A stretch of DNA of 60,867 bases from Hydrolagus affinis (GCA_012026655.1 JAAILG010001860.1:1-60867); one strand, 5' to 3'; numbered from the stretch's first letter, positions 1 to 12,275 are shown. The notes: generated by a model from the sequence alone, not told the origin. Program-made: numbers and translations.

Positions 1-145
1 TGTAGTTCAGTGTGCGGCATTCCGATTTTTTACCTCGATATATTGATTTTTCGATATATCGATTTTTTTGAAATGCCTATATCGGCGTATCGATATGAAA
101 ATTATATCGGGTTTTAGCGATATATTGATATATCGCCAGACCCTA
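1..145. mobile_element. Right end of a hAT-like MITE with CGATAT subterminal repeats (cut by window start)
   Basis: Dense CGATAT/ATATCG motifs ending ATATCGCCAGACCCTA (145). Shares GATATGAAAATTATATCGG with the copy at 28375-28521, which has an 8-bp TSD. Confidence 0.7.
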
Positions 146-154
146 CTGGACAGC

Positions 155-440
155 AATATCAATGGTAAGCTATGTGGTTTTAGTGGGTTAGACTCCAGCA
201 GTATACCCCTACGTAAACCTTTGCTTTTGCCGACCTGCACCAAATACTTTCTGGAATGAGGTAAGCAAGATGTGTCAGAGTATGCATACCATTCCAACAA
301 TCTATTTCTGGGATTTCCATGTATTGGAGGGGTATATGGATTTCTCAGCTTAGTTTACATACTTAAGCATGGTGATGGGTTTCTGCATGTGTCTGCATGG
401 GTGACCAAAAGGTTCTCCATGGTCTACTTTATCTTTCCTG
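155..440. repeat. Unclassified interspersed repeat, copy 1
   Basis: Collinear blocks GCTATGTGGTTTTAG...CTGGAATGAGGTAAGCAAGA...CATTCCAA...TTAAGCATGGTGATGGGTTTCTGCATGTG are shared with ~2160-2420, ~17320-17455 and ~22855-23110. Confidence 0.7.
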
Positions 441-510
441 TCATCACAATTAAGGATAGCAAGTGGGCAGCAGAACAGTTTGCCTATTAAAACATAATTG
501 CTTCAAATTT

Positions 511-743
511 ATAATAATCCTTGCATTTGATATAGCCATGTTATAGATCAAAATATCTCAATGTGCTTGAAAGGATTATACTGTAAAGTGTAGTGACTGT
601 GTATTTTGTAGACAACCAATTTGCACACTGTAATGTCCCATAAACAGACATGAAGTGAATCACAAATTTTATCTGGGGAATTGTTGGCCAAGACACCAGG
701 GGAAGCTCCCTTCTCTTTTCAAATACTGCCTTGGGATCTTCAA
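511..743 (-). mobile_element. Deu-domain SINE (SacSINE1-like), 3' half with L2-derived tail
   Basis: Reverse complement reads GAAGATCCCAAGGCAGTATTTGAAAAGAGAAGGGAGCTTCCCCTGGTGTCTTGGCCAACAA...CTATATCAAATGCAAGGATTATTAT, the Deu domain plus the tail seen in other copies. Confidence 0.65.
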
Positions 744-789
744 TTCAGATAATGTTGTTATTCAAGAAGGGAGAATACTACAAGCAAAA

Positions 790-1340
790 TAACTATATAT
801 CAGTAAAAATGAGAAAACTGCTAGATTCGATCATCATGGACGTGTAAGTGAGCGCTTAGATAAGTATAAGCAGTTCACAGAGAATCACCATGCTTTGGTT
901 TCAAAGGTAGGTCATGTCTAATTAACTTAACAGAACTCTTTGACAGAATCACTAAATTGGTGGATAGAAGACGATCAATTGATGTCACCAGAATGGAGTT
1001 TTAGAGTCATTTAATAATGTTTCGCTCCGAAGATTAGTGGTTAGAATTACTACATTAGATTGGAAGCAGCCTAGTAGCATGGATAAGAAATTGAGCAGAC
1101 AATGCCAAATTGTATCCCCATGGTTCTCTGCAGTTACCCAGCCTAGATGTGGGACTGTATGTCCAAGCTTTCCAATGGTATCAACATCATAGGAGACAAG
1201 TGAATTAAAGAAGAAATTAGAAAATTGCTCATCAATAAACTAATTATGTGAGTAGGCAGAATGATGGTAGATGCAGTTCAAAACCTCACAAGTTCACAAC
1301 TGTTGGATATAAGAATAACAAAAGGAATATGTGGAACTTT
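790..1340 (+). mobile_element. Degraded CR1 LINE ORF2 (reverse transcriptase) fragment
   Basis: Translates with lesions to KGRSCLINLTELFDRITKLVDRRRSIDV, matching the CR1 RT motif KGRSCLTNLLEFFE.VT..VD.G..VDV. Later part resembles W.MQF. Confidence 0.7.
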
Positions 1341-2159
1341 TAAGGACAGCAACGTTGTGATGCAAGATGAAGCTTTCGGCATAAAAGACCTGCATGCAAA
1401 TAATCCTCCTTTATGGCTCCAAACTCCTGATTTTGCAGTGGAGGGTCTGCCTGGGGCCCATTTGCAAAGTGCAGCATGTCGCAAATTGTCTTCTAAAAAG
1501 TACTCCCACCACACTGAAGGCAGATGTCCATGAGATAGCTGAAGAAGAAACATTGAGCTTCGGGTAGCAGCTGCTGGAAGACATTACCAGGAGTCCCAGC
1601 GCATGAACGCATTTTCATATATCCAGCATCTGGAATCCACCTTTGTTTGTTTGACGAAAGGTAAGCTGCTTAAGCTCCATACCTCCAACTGGTGGAGGAA
1701 CTATTGCTCAATGAAAAGTGATGGGAAGATGGTGACAAGGCTGAGCTATGCTGCCCACCAGGAAGTTTGCATGAAGTTCCTGGTACCTGCCATTTAACTG
1801 GTGAGGGCTCAAATCCACAAATGAAGGATGTCAAATAGCTAACGAGTGACTATCCTCTTTTTGTGGAGATAAGAAGGGGTCCCCTTAGAGCTGAACTGGC
1901 TCCAAGGTGATATATTTGTCATCGCAATGTTGATATTGAGCTCACGCTCTGTAGCCATCTCTGTAGTTCAGATCTGCAGTATTCCAGAGCACTGCTGATA
2001 ACAGCACAGCCAGGTTGGCTCAACATCAGGGTTTGGATGGGCAGACAGTCACTGGGGGCAAGAACTCTTCTTACTCAGCTCCTGCTAACGCTGCAAGCCA
2101 AAACCCTTACAGATAGGATGGTTCTACCAGGACAAGCAGGAGGAAAGCTTGCCAAGCAG

Positions 2160-2420
2160 TGCTTTGAATGTCAAGCTCTGTGGTTTTAGCTGGTCAGACT
2201 TCAGCAGTAATACATTGCACATTCAAAGATCCCCAAATCTTGGCTCTTGCCAACCTGTGCCTAATGTTTTCTGGAATTAGGTAAGCAGGACACGTTCCTC
2301 CAGGAAGAGAGTGCACATTCCATTCCAATAAACTTCTGTGGAATTTCCACATAGGTGGAATGCATGGAACTCTCAATATGATTCGGATACTTTTAAGCCT
2401 GGTAATAAGTTTCCGCACTG
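2160..2420. repeat. Unclassified interspersed repeat, copy 2 (may extend left through the GC-richer 1345-2160 block)
   Basis: GCTCTGTGGTTTTAGCTGG...CTGGAATTAGGTAAGCAGGACACGTTCCTCCAGGAAGAGAGTGCACATTCCATTCCAATAAA aligns by eye with copies 1, 3 and 4. Confidence 0.7.
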
Positions 2421-2710
2421 ATCAACACCCAACCGACCAAAACAAAATCTAAGGAGATCTCCTTAAGCCAAATAATTTGTTGTTTCAGGGACATACGCAA
2501 ATGCTAATTTGCAACAACCCCAAAACAATTTAGAAGGCTTAATTTGATGTTTTTACTAAGTCTGAAACATAAATGCAAGGGAAGCATAACCTAAAGCTGG
2601 GGAATGAAGTTTTTAAAGAAACGTACACAAGTTTTACAATTGTATGTCATGGCACCCAGAAACCTGCATTAATTGAAATAGTAGTATAAAATGTAAGCAT
2701 ATTGACTGAT

Positions 2711-3080
2711 AATAATAATAATACTCCTTGCATTTGATATAACATCTTATCACATCTTTGAGACATTTCAAAGTGCTTCACAGATTATACTGCAAAGTGA
2801 ATTGACTATACTTTATGGGCAACACGTGATAGCCAATGGCACACAGCAGTGTCCGATAAATAGTTGTGGACTGAGTGACCCAATTTTCTTTTAAGGAATT
2901 ATTATCCCTGAAAAAGCAATCCGCTATCGACTAATAACTGGGTTCCTACTTACAGTTAGGTGAACAGAGGCATGTAGAGTAAGGAAACTTGCCCAACATT
3001 TCACCCTGCCTGAAAATCAAACCCAGCAATTCTCACTTACAAAGCGAGTCACGTAACCACTACACTAAGCTACAGGACTC
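2711..3080 (-). mobile_element. Full-length tRNA-derived SINE with L2-type 3' tail
   Basis: Minus strand begins GAGTCCTGTAGCTTAGTG..GGTT (box A-like) and GGGTTTGATTTTC (box B-like), and ends ATATCAAATGCAAGGAG(TAT)n. Homologous to 31828-32130 and 59537-59876. Confidence 0.8.
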
Positions 3081-3539
3081 TATTGCACTACTTTATTTAT
3101 TGGTAGTAGACAATTGTTTTGTTCGCTATACCATCCATAGGAAACAGAAATTGATTTATCTCTGATTAAAATATTTCTCTAAGGCATCATAATGGAAAAT
3201 ATTTAATGAAAAAATTGCTATATTTTAAGGTAAGCAATATGCAGATACATTGGAGTGTCAGTTTATGAATTGTAAATATTTAGAAGGAAAAAATTGGGAT
3301 AGAGATAATCAAGGTCTTATGGAATATTTTAGTCCCTGAATTGTTGGAACAATGGAAAAGATATAGCAGGAACGTTATGGACAAATAATGGAGGATGCAT
3401 GGTTGGAATAGTTATTCTGGATATTTGCTTGATTCATCTTTCTGAAATGGGGGAGAGATTGAATGAATAGCCATGATCTGTCCTGCACCTTTTAAACACT
3501 TAAGACAATGATTTCATAGTTTTTGGTTATAAATATAAG

Positions 3540-3705
3540 AATATATGTATTGTAATAAATATTACAACATTACAATATTAATATCAAATATTAATATCAA
3601 ATTAATATTAAATATTAATTTTAATTGAATATTAAAATATTTATTGAAATAAATATTACAATAAATATTATTATTACAATAAATATTATAAATATTACAA
3701 TATAA
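3540..3705. repeat. AT-rich low-complexity tandem tract (AATATTACA/AATATTAA units)
   Basis: Almost only A/T, with recurring AAATATTA and ATTACAAT. Confidence 0.75.
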
Positions 3706-6183
3706 GTATATCCTGCCCCACACTCATATTGCTCAAAATGTAAATACTGTCATTCAAAAATCTGTGGTCATGGCACAAAGAGAATAGCATAAAGAGAATT
3801 GCATTAAAAAAAATTAGCAATCGTAAGAATGGTTTTATAATGGGTAAAAAAAAGTAAAAATCGCAATCATGAAACTTTTTGTCTTGAAAATACCAGACGT
3901 CTCTAATGCCAACAGTAACTGGTACAAAATTACATTTAGCCTTTTGTGTAAAACGAGAGTAACACTAGCACTCTATTTGTGCACTTGTGGGAAGGTCAAA
4001 GAATAAAGGAGCAGAAGAAAGGAAGCAGTGTTCTAAAGAATCTCATAAGTCTGAGAAAGCTAGTGTCCTTGTGGACAATAGACTGGGCCACATCATTCAG
4101 AATGTTCATCCATGAACTAAAACACATGAATATTAGTTTTTTTGCAATTTAAACTTGGCAAGCTTTAGATAATTGTAAATCGAACAGAAGTTAATTGTAA
4201 GGAAAGGTTCAAACCAACTAACAAAATGAACATGACTTAAAAAATGTTGAGAATTAAACTGAGTAAATCTGAAATAATAAGTTCTTCTCCAGGTCATAAA
4301 AAATACATTGAGGTTTTGAGGAACTGTGTGCTTGGTTTCCAAGCCAATTGATTTCAGAAATTCAATGCTCCAATCTTCAAATCAAAAAATAGGATTTTCT
4401 TGGAGAATATATTTTTTCTATAATTGTCTCTCTGTGCTGGGTATATTGCCTGAATTTTGAATCTATGTTGCACCATTTTCACTGACAATACTGGCAGCAT
4501 TGCCTTACTGCTGGGCAGAATAAAATAATTGGATAAGGGAGGAGGTGGTTTTAATGACCCATTACTGATTTATCCTCCTTCAAGGCAGCTGCATTACAAT
4601 GAATATATACCGCTGCTATTTACTTTGCAAAACATATCTTTGTTCAGATATAGCAGAGGATCCTTTGCACCAGAGTTCTCACCTATTGTAACTAAGCGTG
4701 CACAGAACATTTTGAATGGGCTTCTTTTACCATAAATAACATCTGTATTTCTGGCCCCAAAACATCAAAGCACCACTGGGATCAGTGGAATGATTTCTTT
4801 TGCAAGTTTACTGCCAGTCAGTGGTCCTCGGGTACTTCTGTAACAAGAACTAGCCACTGAGAGGAAACTAAGTAAAAGCCACGTATCTCTATTCAGTTTG
4901 CCTTTCCATTCACTGCCCGCACCATAGATCCACACAACTGCTTGCTGACAATCAGTCCTTGGCCCAATAACAAACATAGTGGGACAGGGACTGACTGTCA
5001 TTAAGCAGTTGCAAAGATATTTCCAGGTATCAGCCTGGCGTATAATAATCTCTCAGAAGTGTTTGTCCTCTGCTCGATGATATCCCTGTGACAGCTGAAA
5101 CTAAGATCCTGCAGTGAGATGGAAGTAAAGGTTCAATCCTACTACTGTTTACCAGCGTATATTGTAATACCAAAGCAGTGTAAAGACTCGTCCTGTGTAC
5201 TTATGTGAATTAGATTTCAAGAAAGAGATTGAAAAACCCCTCATGATTTTGTACAAGGCAATGACTATTCTTTCCTGCAATCACAGTTATACTTCAAGTG
5301 GCAAAACATGTTTTTGAGTTCAACCAAAACATAGAAATTAATACTTAAATTTGCTCTGTCATGCAAACATTTTTAAAAACAATTTTCATCAATCCTTGCA
5401 GCTACTAATCGTCACAGCAACAGAACATCTGCACAGTAATTGGAAAAGGCTGGAATCCGTCAAAGCAAATCAGACAGGAGAGAAGAATGCACTCAATTGC
5501 TAATGGAGATTATATATCATGTTGTCCACCGTATGTTTTCATATAATGAGCATCACATTTCCAGAAACTTGTAAGAATCTGCAACTAATTTCAAAGTGCA
5601 GAGCACCAAGCGCATGTTTTGAATGTTATTTAACAATTGCATAAAATAAATCAGTGCAAATCAGTGATCTGAAAGTCAGGAAGGTACAATATCCTTATGG
5701 TTAGGGCTTCATTCTCACAGATTAGTTGCAGAGTTCAACAGAATTCCACCCACCGAATTACATTATTATTCAAATCCAAGCCATGTGTAAGTTATAATGG
5801 GGTTGATTCTGCATTGTGTATAAAGCATGTGTAAACACATGATCACAGAGGGAATTACATGTGCCTTTAATTATGTAATGTTCAACCTATGAAAAAGATT
5901 TTCATATTTAGGAATTAACAATACTTTAAATTGGTTAAACATATAAATCAAAGGCACTTGTATTTCCTCCTACACAGATTTATTTACACATGAAACATAA
6001 TACGCATAGTTTATGCACAGCGCATTTTAGAACCCAATCAATCAGCTCATAATGTGTGTATACAATAATGTTCTTCATTCTGTTTATTCCTGGCCACCAA
6101 TTACAGATGACCCAAATGAAGTGATGTCATCATACAATGTCATCCTTGATTGAAAGCTTACCTTACTTGCCTAACACCAATTG

Positions 6184-6272
6184 CCCAGGTAGCAAGCCCA
6201 TGTGGGGCCCATATGGGCATGGATCCAACCCAATTTGTCCCATATGGGGCCCATATGGGCTTGCTACCTGGG
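6184..6272. mobile_element. 89-bp palindromic MITE, CACTA/EnSpm-like CCCAG termini
   Basis: 34-bp TIRs (CCCAGGTAGCAAGCCCAT...; 32/34 match) flanked by TG on both sides (6182-6183, 6273-6274), a 2-bp TSD. Confidence 0.75.
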
Positions 6273-7359
6273 TGATAGCTAATAATTTGAATCCTGAGTT
6301 TTTTTAAACACACCAAACTTTTTTTGAAAAGCATTTGATGATAAAAACAGCTTAGAAAAAAGAAATAATGTGACTCTTTTCTTGCTAAGATCACCATCCT
6401 TGCAAAACACCCCTTCATTGAAAAAGCATACCTATGCATAAAATGGTACTTTACAGTTTTATTTATCTTAGTAGCTCAATTATTCTGCAATTCCATTTCA
6501 AAAAATGAGCTATATTCAAAGGTTACATTGGTTACATTTGGTGTGGTGCCTTGATTCGTAAAATATTGTTCAAAGTCAACATATAAATGTTGAAGTTCGT
6601 GAGATAACATTGCAAGTGTCACAAGTCAAAAGACAATGCACTTGAAAGATTTTCTTCATGAAATTCCTAGCTGTTGCTTCAATTCCATCTGGCATGCACT
6701 GCATGCATCACTTTTTAAGGTTTTCTTCAGAAGGAAGCTGTAGTAGTGATAATGTACAAATTCAGGTAAGTAGGAAGCTCCAGTTTTTCTAGATCCCAAA
6801 GACAGAAGAGCAGTAGGAAGACAGCATCTTTGTATGAAGAGAATGAATGGCATTCAAAGAATGAAGACCACATAGAAGGTAATAAATATGACATTGTTCC
6901 ACATTCACTCAGCACACTATACAAATACTTACACCAGCTTGAAGCACAAAAGCACAACTAAGTGGTTTATTCTTGAAGAATAATTCTCGTGGTACATGTA
7001 AGTTATTCCATGCAATGTGTTGCATATTTGCTTTGATGACACAAATGGCAATTGAATATGGATGGAGTAAGTATGAAAGGATTCTGGGAAGCCATTCTGC
7101 TTGGGGACATTTCTTCCACCAATGTACAAAAGGACTTTTCTTGCCTCTACATACACAATCATTGTGTAATGTTATTTAATCCACATAATGCAATTTAGAT
7201 TCACTCAGTCCTTTAATTCAAACTTTACAAGTCACCCGCTTTCAAATCAACCTCTTTCACACTCTCTTTCAAATCTGCAAGTTGCAGTTGAATTCAATCC
7301 CATATTGTATCATCCCACATTGTCCGGAGTTTTTGCTTGGCCTGATAAGTGTTTCATAA

Positions 7360-7504
7360 CATTGCTGTGTGCAATTGGCTGCAGCGTTTCGCCTACAATT
7401 ATACAATTCACTAGTCAATTCACTCTACAGTAAATTCTGCAAAGTGCTTTGAGATGTCGATGAGATGTGAAAAGCGCTATAACAAAATGCAAGAATTATT
7501 ATTA
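7360..7504 (+). mobile_element. SINE 3' fragment (L2-type tail), tail-to-tail with an L2
   Basis: GCTGTGTGCAATTGGCTGCAGCGTTTCGCC...GTGCTTTGAGATGTC..GTGAAAAGCGCTAT..AAATGCAAGAATTATT. Confidence 0.75.
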
Positions 7505-8140
7505 AATAACAACAACAAAATTACATTTGTAAAGCGCTTTTCAAAACAGGAGGACGTCCCAAGGCGCTAAATAGCCAGGGATTGGGAACTGGATGGCAGG
7601 ATTGGGATGAGGGAGGGCCGAAAGGTAGGCGGGCGCCTGAAGGCAGAGGGTCTTGAGACTGGTCTTGAAAGAGGCAAGGGAGGGAGCAAGGTGAAAGGAT
7701 TGTGGGATGGAGTTCCAAAGTTCAGGAGCAGAGAGGTGAAAGACCAGCTGCCGATAGTAGAGCTGGTCAGGCAAGAGACATGGAGCAGGCCGGAGTCTGC
7801 TGAACAGAGGGAGCGGACAGGTTGATAGGGGTCAGCAGGTCAGAGAGGTAGGAGGGTGCAAGCAATGGAAGGCCTTGAAAATGAGGACAAGAACCTTGAA
7901 TTCGATCCTCTGAAGAATGGGGAACCAGTGGAGCTGGATGTGGGTGGGTAGGATGGGGTTGCGGACCCTGGGGTGGGAGAGAATACTTGCTGCAGAGTTT
8001 TGGATGATCTGCAACTTGTGGAGGGAAGCGTTGGAGAGGCCGACAAGAAGGGAGTTCAATGGTTGAGCCTTGAGGTGACAAATGTGTGAGTAAGGATTTC
8101 AGTGGTCTGAGAGGTGAGGCAATGGAAGAGGTGGAAGAAA
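7505..8140 (-). mobile_element. L2 LINE 3' end (ORF2 C-terminus, 3' UTR, tail)
   Basis: Translations NSLLVGLSNASLHKLQIIQNSAASIL, LHWFPILQRIEFKVLVLIFKAFH, LAPSYLSDLL and APELWNSIP are typical of the L2 ORF2 C-terminus. Tail GCGCCTTGGGACGTCCTCC..AAAGCGCTTTACAAATGTAATTTT(GTT)n. Confidence 0.9.
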
Positions 8141-8589
8141 CACACTTGTGTCTTGCTAGGGTTAGCATTTAGAATCCATGTGCAATAGTATTCTCAAGGA
8201 ATTTGATAGGATTCGCTGTATGTCCTCAATTCTTTCTGATTGGGGGGTAAAGCAGAGATGAATCAGGGAATTCTGGTTGGTTTTATAGGCATTAAACAGC
8301 AGGGGCAATCCATTCCATTAAGTATGCCACCGACTTTTCTGACTATCCATCTCAACAGAGAAACAAAATGGAAAAACAAAATGAAGAAACCAAGACCACA
8401 GTAGAAGATGTACCTTGCTAGTACTGACCCACTCCAATTGCCTCAATGATGGAATAACTATATAGAAACAAAATGGAAGATTGCTTGTATAAACGTAGCC
8501 TAATAAATGATAAGTATGATCTGAAAGTTCAATGCTGTTTGCCTGATTTCACCAAATTCCATCCTGTAGTCCCTCCACTTTGTCCCCTC

Positions 8590-8772
8590 CCAAACACCCT
8601 TCAAGTCCAACCTCAAGACCCTCCTCTTCACCGGTCCCATCCCAAATCCCCTTGTTTACCTCTACCCTCCCCATTCACGATCCCAGCTCGGGTCTGAAAC
8701 ATTGACTGTCCAACACCTTTAGACATCCTCCTGACATGAAAGGTGCTATACAAATGTAATGTTGTTGCTGTT
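8590..8772 (+). mobile_element. L2 3' UTR and tail fragment
   Basis: CTCAAGACCCTCCTCTT...CCCAGCTCGGGTCTGAAACATTGACTGTCC...GAAAGGTGCTATACAAATGTAATGTTGTTG. Confidence 0.8.
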
Positions 8773-9712
8773 GATATCAGGAGAGTTCCTTTTGGCATTT
8801 TCCAACATAATATACATTTGAAAGTTACGTCGACCCCCAGGAGGAACACTCTCTTCAGGATGCTGTTAAAAATACTTAGGCTGTCCAGCATCATTCCTTG
8901 GTGCACTACTTGGAACATTGCAATCTGCACCCAGTTAGTAAGACTTTTACAGCAAATCAGCAATACAACCAAAGTTATAAAGTTCAGATGATGATAGCAG
9001 GCTGGCAATGCAATTTATCCGTCTTGTTGCTGCTTGGTGTTTGCCCAAAGGGATCTAAAAATGAAGCAACCTGACGGAAATATGTTTGATCTTTAACCCC
9101 CTGTATTTCAAGAATAGGTTCTAAACTGCCCCCCAAGACTGTATAGAATAGGAAAAACAATTTATCACGATTTACATCTAATCATCCAGCAACTGCAGCC
9201 GAACATAATATACATATATTATGATTGGTGTTGTTTGTTAACTGCAGACATTTAACACATGGAGGATACAAGCTGTCCACAGGACAGTGTTGTCAGTTTT
9301 CATGATTAATTGCCAAGTTTAGGAAGTTATGAAAATAAATTATGAAAAAAGTTTGAATATTAAACATGGACTAAACATTAATTTTATTATTTGTAGAAGG
9401 GCTGTTGGGGCTGGCAAATGGTTGTTTGCCACTTGTAATTAATTTGTTTTCTAGTTAAAAACAAAGTTTGTATGTCCAGAAGATTCTGCCATGGAAATTT
9501 ATTTATGTTCCTGATTTACATTTACCACGTTTAATGAGTTGCTGCAGATAAGATTATGGCATAAATGTTTTATTCCTATACAACCACAATTATCACTGGC
9601 TTTAAAGACAACGTTTTTCTGGTCACATTTCAATTGTAAATGTTTTTTCAGCTAATGTTTGACAGAGTCTTAAAGACTTTTGGGTGTTAATACCTTATTC
9701 TAGGAAGCTGAG

Positions 9713-9819
9713 ATTATTTTGTCCTAGCAAACAAAGTTGTGATACTATCAAAATACAGTATCTAATAAGTGTTTAATAAATCACGATAGTTTTTCTTTAC
9801 AACATAGGGTAGCTATCAG
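9713..9819 (+). repeat. Donor copy of a local ~105-bp direct duplication
   Basis: ATTATTTTGTCCTAGCA...TAGGGTAGCTATCAG recurs at 11581-11682 with a few substitutions and one 5-bp indel. Confidence 0.9.
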
Positions 9820-10169
9820 GATTTTTATTATACTGTGACCAAGTTAGGTAACAAATCCAAACACCTACCTGAAGATTACATTACCCAAAGTTTTAACTGA
9901 TTACTAGGTCAGGACAAAATCAACTCAATCAATCATGATAAATTCAGAATGACTATCCAAATGGTATCAGATTAGAATTTTGAGATACTGTATATTTAAG
10001 AATACCAATTAAAATGCATGAACAAAAAGTTTGACTGGGTCATTAACTGAAAAATAAAGCAGACCTGAAATTTTAGTTGAGAGAGCTGCCGCTTATGGAA
10101 GAAACAGGAGTTCACTGAGTTTGCTCATCCTGGCTCAATGAAGAGCACTATGTAAATGCAAGTTGTTGT

Positions 10170-10475
10170 TAATGGTTGCTGGTCTTGGCTGGTTCTACAT
10201 GAGGTGGTTAAATTAACCTTGGGTTAGAGAGTAAGAGATATCAGCCAGGTTCTTTCTCCTGGATCCTCTGTGGCACCCTCGACAAGTTATGTGTGACAGC
10301 TATGTGGGAAGTGATCAGGCTCCGCTGTGATATTCTGTATTGTGACCTACTGATAATCACTGCCAAGGCTCACACAGGTATAATCACAAACTAGGCTGGG
10401 TACTGGAGGACAACCAACACCTATGGAACTACACAGGCAAAATTAGATCAGAGATGCATATGCCAGCAGGGAGAA
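10170..10475 (+). mobile_element. Ancient AmnSINE2-like SINE, degraded
   Basis: ATCAGCCAGGTTCTTTCTCCTG...GATCAGGCTCCGCTGTGAT...CACTGCCAAGGCTCACACA...GGTACTGGAGG...ATGGAAC follows the block order I recall for AmnSINE2. Confidence 0.5.
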
Positions 10476-10854
10476 TATCAGAAAAATAATTGGACCCTTT
10501 ATTTTGTCAAAAAAAACAAAGCATGCTAAACTAAAAAGTTAACTAAAGAAAAAAACTATATTCAATTCATAATGGAACCATCTGGCCATTCTTGTATCAA
10601 TTGTTAAACATTGTTATTTGATAATTGCTCCCACTACAATTGTTGCCTTGGGAGTTCACAAAAAGACACAGCAGCCTTCTCAGATGCCAATTGTGTTGCG
10701 CTTTTCCCTGTACAAACTTGACCAGAGAATCCAAACCAAAAAAAAGGCATTCCATTCAATTCAAATTAATTTGTGAGAAAGCTGTACTTATAGTTTATAT
10801 CACAGATTCTGTTTTGTTCCTGCTATCTTGCGTGAAAGGCACTATATCACAAAT

Positions 10855-11142
10855 CCTGGGATTTGATACAGTGATTTACAATGTCATTGAGAAATGTCAA
10901 AGTGCTTCACAGAATATATTGTCTATATATTTTTTGGGTGACACATGGCTGCCAATTGCTCAGAGTGGTGTCCCACAAATATTTGTAGATTGAGTGGAAT
11001 AATTTCTTTTGATGGATTATTACTCTCGTAAAGTGATTCGACAATCAACTAACAACTGTATTCCTACTTACTGCTAAGCAAACAGAGGCGTGTGGAGAAA
11101 GGAAACTCACCTAAGGTTTCACTCTGCACAGGAAGTGTAACC
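10855..11142 (-). mobile_element. tRNA-derived SINE with L2 tail, head degraded
   Basis: CAAAGTGCTTCACAGAATATA...GCCAATTGC..GTGTCCCACAAA...GTGTGGAG-AAAGGAAACT, collinear with 2711-3080. Confidence 0.75.
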
Positions 11143-11551
11143 AGTGTAATTTACTGAATGTGTTAATTGGTTCAAGGAATAGGTTAATCAAAAATACCTA
11201 TTTCTCTGACACAATCCTTAATCAAAACTCCACTCCACTCACAGATTCTGTTATACAGACGGATCGACCCATCCATGTCTATTGCACATCATTCCATAGT
11301 TTTTAATCATTAAAATAATGCATTTTTTTCTTCAAAAATATTACTGAACTTGTTTAAATGTGAGTAGGAAAATATACAATAATGCAAATTAATCTATAAA
11401 CAATATTATTGATAGCTATAAAGACCTACAGGAATCTGAAAGAATGAATGGTAATCTCCATTATATTAGCAGAATTATGATAACCCAGACTCCACGTTTT
11501 GTTGTCCATAACTCTGTTGTGGTACTTCTGTTTTTCTGGGTCCCCAAAGTA

Positions 11552-11682
11552 TAACAACGACAAAATTACATTCGTAGAGAATTATTTTGTCCTAGCACAC
11601 AAAGTTGTGATACTATCAAAATATCTAATAAGTGTTTAATAAATCATGATAGTTTTTCTTTACAAAATAGGGTAGCTATCAG
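11552..11682 (-). repeat. L2 terminal tail (~28 bp) fused to a copy of 9713-9819
   Basis: AACAACGACAAAATTACATTCGTAGAG (reverse of the L2 tail) is followed directly by the duplicated local segment. Confidence 0.8.
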
Positions 11683-12052
11683 AATGTTTTGGTCACTCTA
11701 TAAACCCTATACAGTAATGGAATACAGTCCTAAAATGTTCAATTATCTCATCACACTCTCGAGGTTACATCTTCCTAATTAATTTGAAACGTTTTTTGTA
11801 CATTTACCCACAGCAACTAAAAGTAGAATTGATAAGACTCTCAAATGGCATAGTTATCAAATTTACTTCCTATTGAAGAACTGATTCATATATGTTACAG
11901 TAAAATTGTAAAAAACAATTTCAATAAACAGTGTTATTTATTTCTTGATAATTCTAACAAGTGTCAAGGCAATACAATATTAGGAATATGATGAAATGAT
12001 CATTTTTTCATAAAATCCCTGACTTCTAATTTCAGTGATTTTTAATAGTTTC

Positions 12053-12275
12053 AACAACAACAAAATTACATTTGTAGAGTGCCTTTCAAGTCGGGTTGAC
12101 ATCCCAAGGTGCTGAACAGTCATCATGAGTTAGGAACCTAGCATGGTGGGTGTGGGGGCGGAAGGGGCAGGGTTAGGATAAGGGAGGGAAGAGAGGGAGG
12201 ATAGCGGCTGAAGGCACAGAAAAGGAGGGTCTTGAGACTGGTCTTGAAGGAAGCAAGGGGCGAGGTGGAGGGATT
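12053..12275 (-). mobile_element. L2 3' UTR and tail fragment
   Basis: (AAC)n AAAATTACATTTGTAGAGTGCCTTTC...CATCCCAAGGTGCTG...GAGGGTCTTGAGACTGGTCTTGAAGG. Confidence 0.8.

Noticed and set aside
1-145. CRISPR-like or iteron array from repeated CGATAT motifs
   Set aside because: No constant repeat-spacer period; the context is vertebrate, and the motifs are MITE subterminal repeats with a TSD in the second copy.
360-400. ILKHGDGFLHV resembling the Tc1 transposase motif TVKHGGGSIMVW
   Set aside because: Similarity is too short, and no flanking DDE motifs or TIRs are seen in any of the four copies.
6731-6765. 35-nt exon (ttttcttcag|...CAG|gtaagt)
   Set aside because: Good splice sites but very short, frame-shifting, with no recognisable peptide or partner exon.
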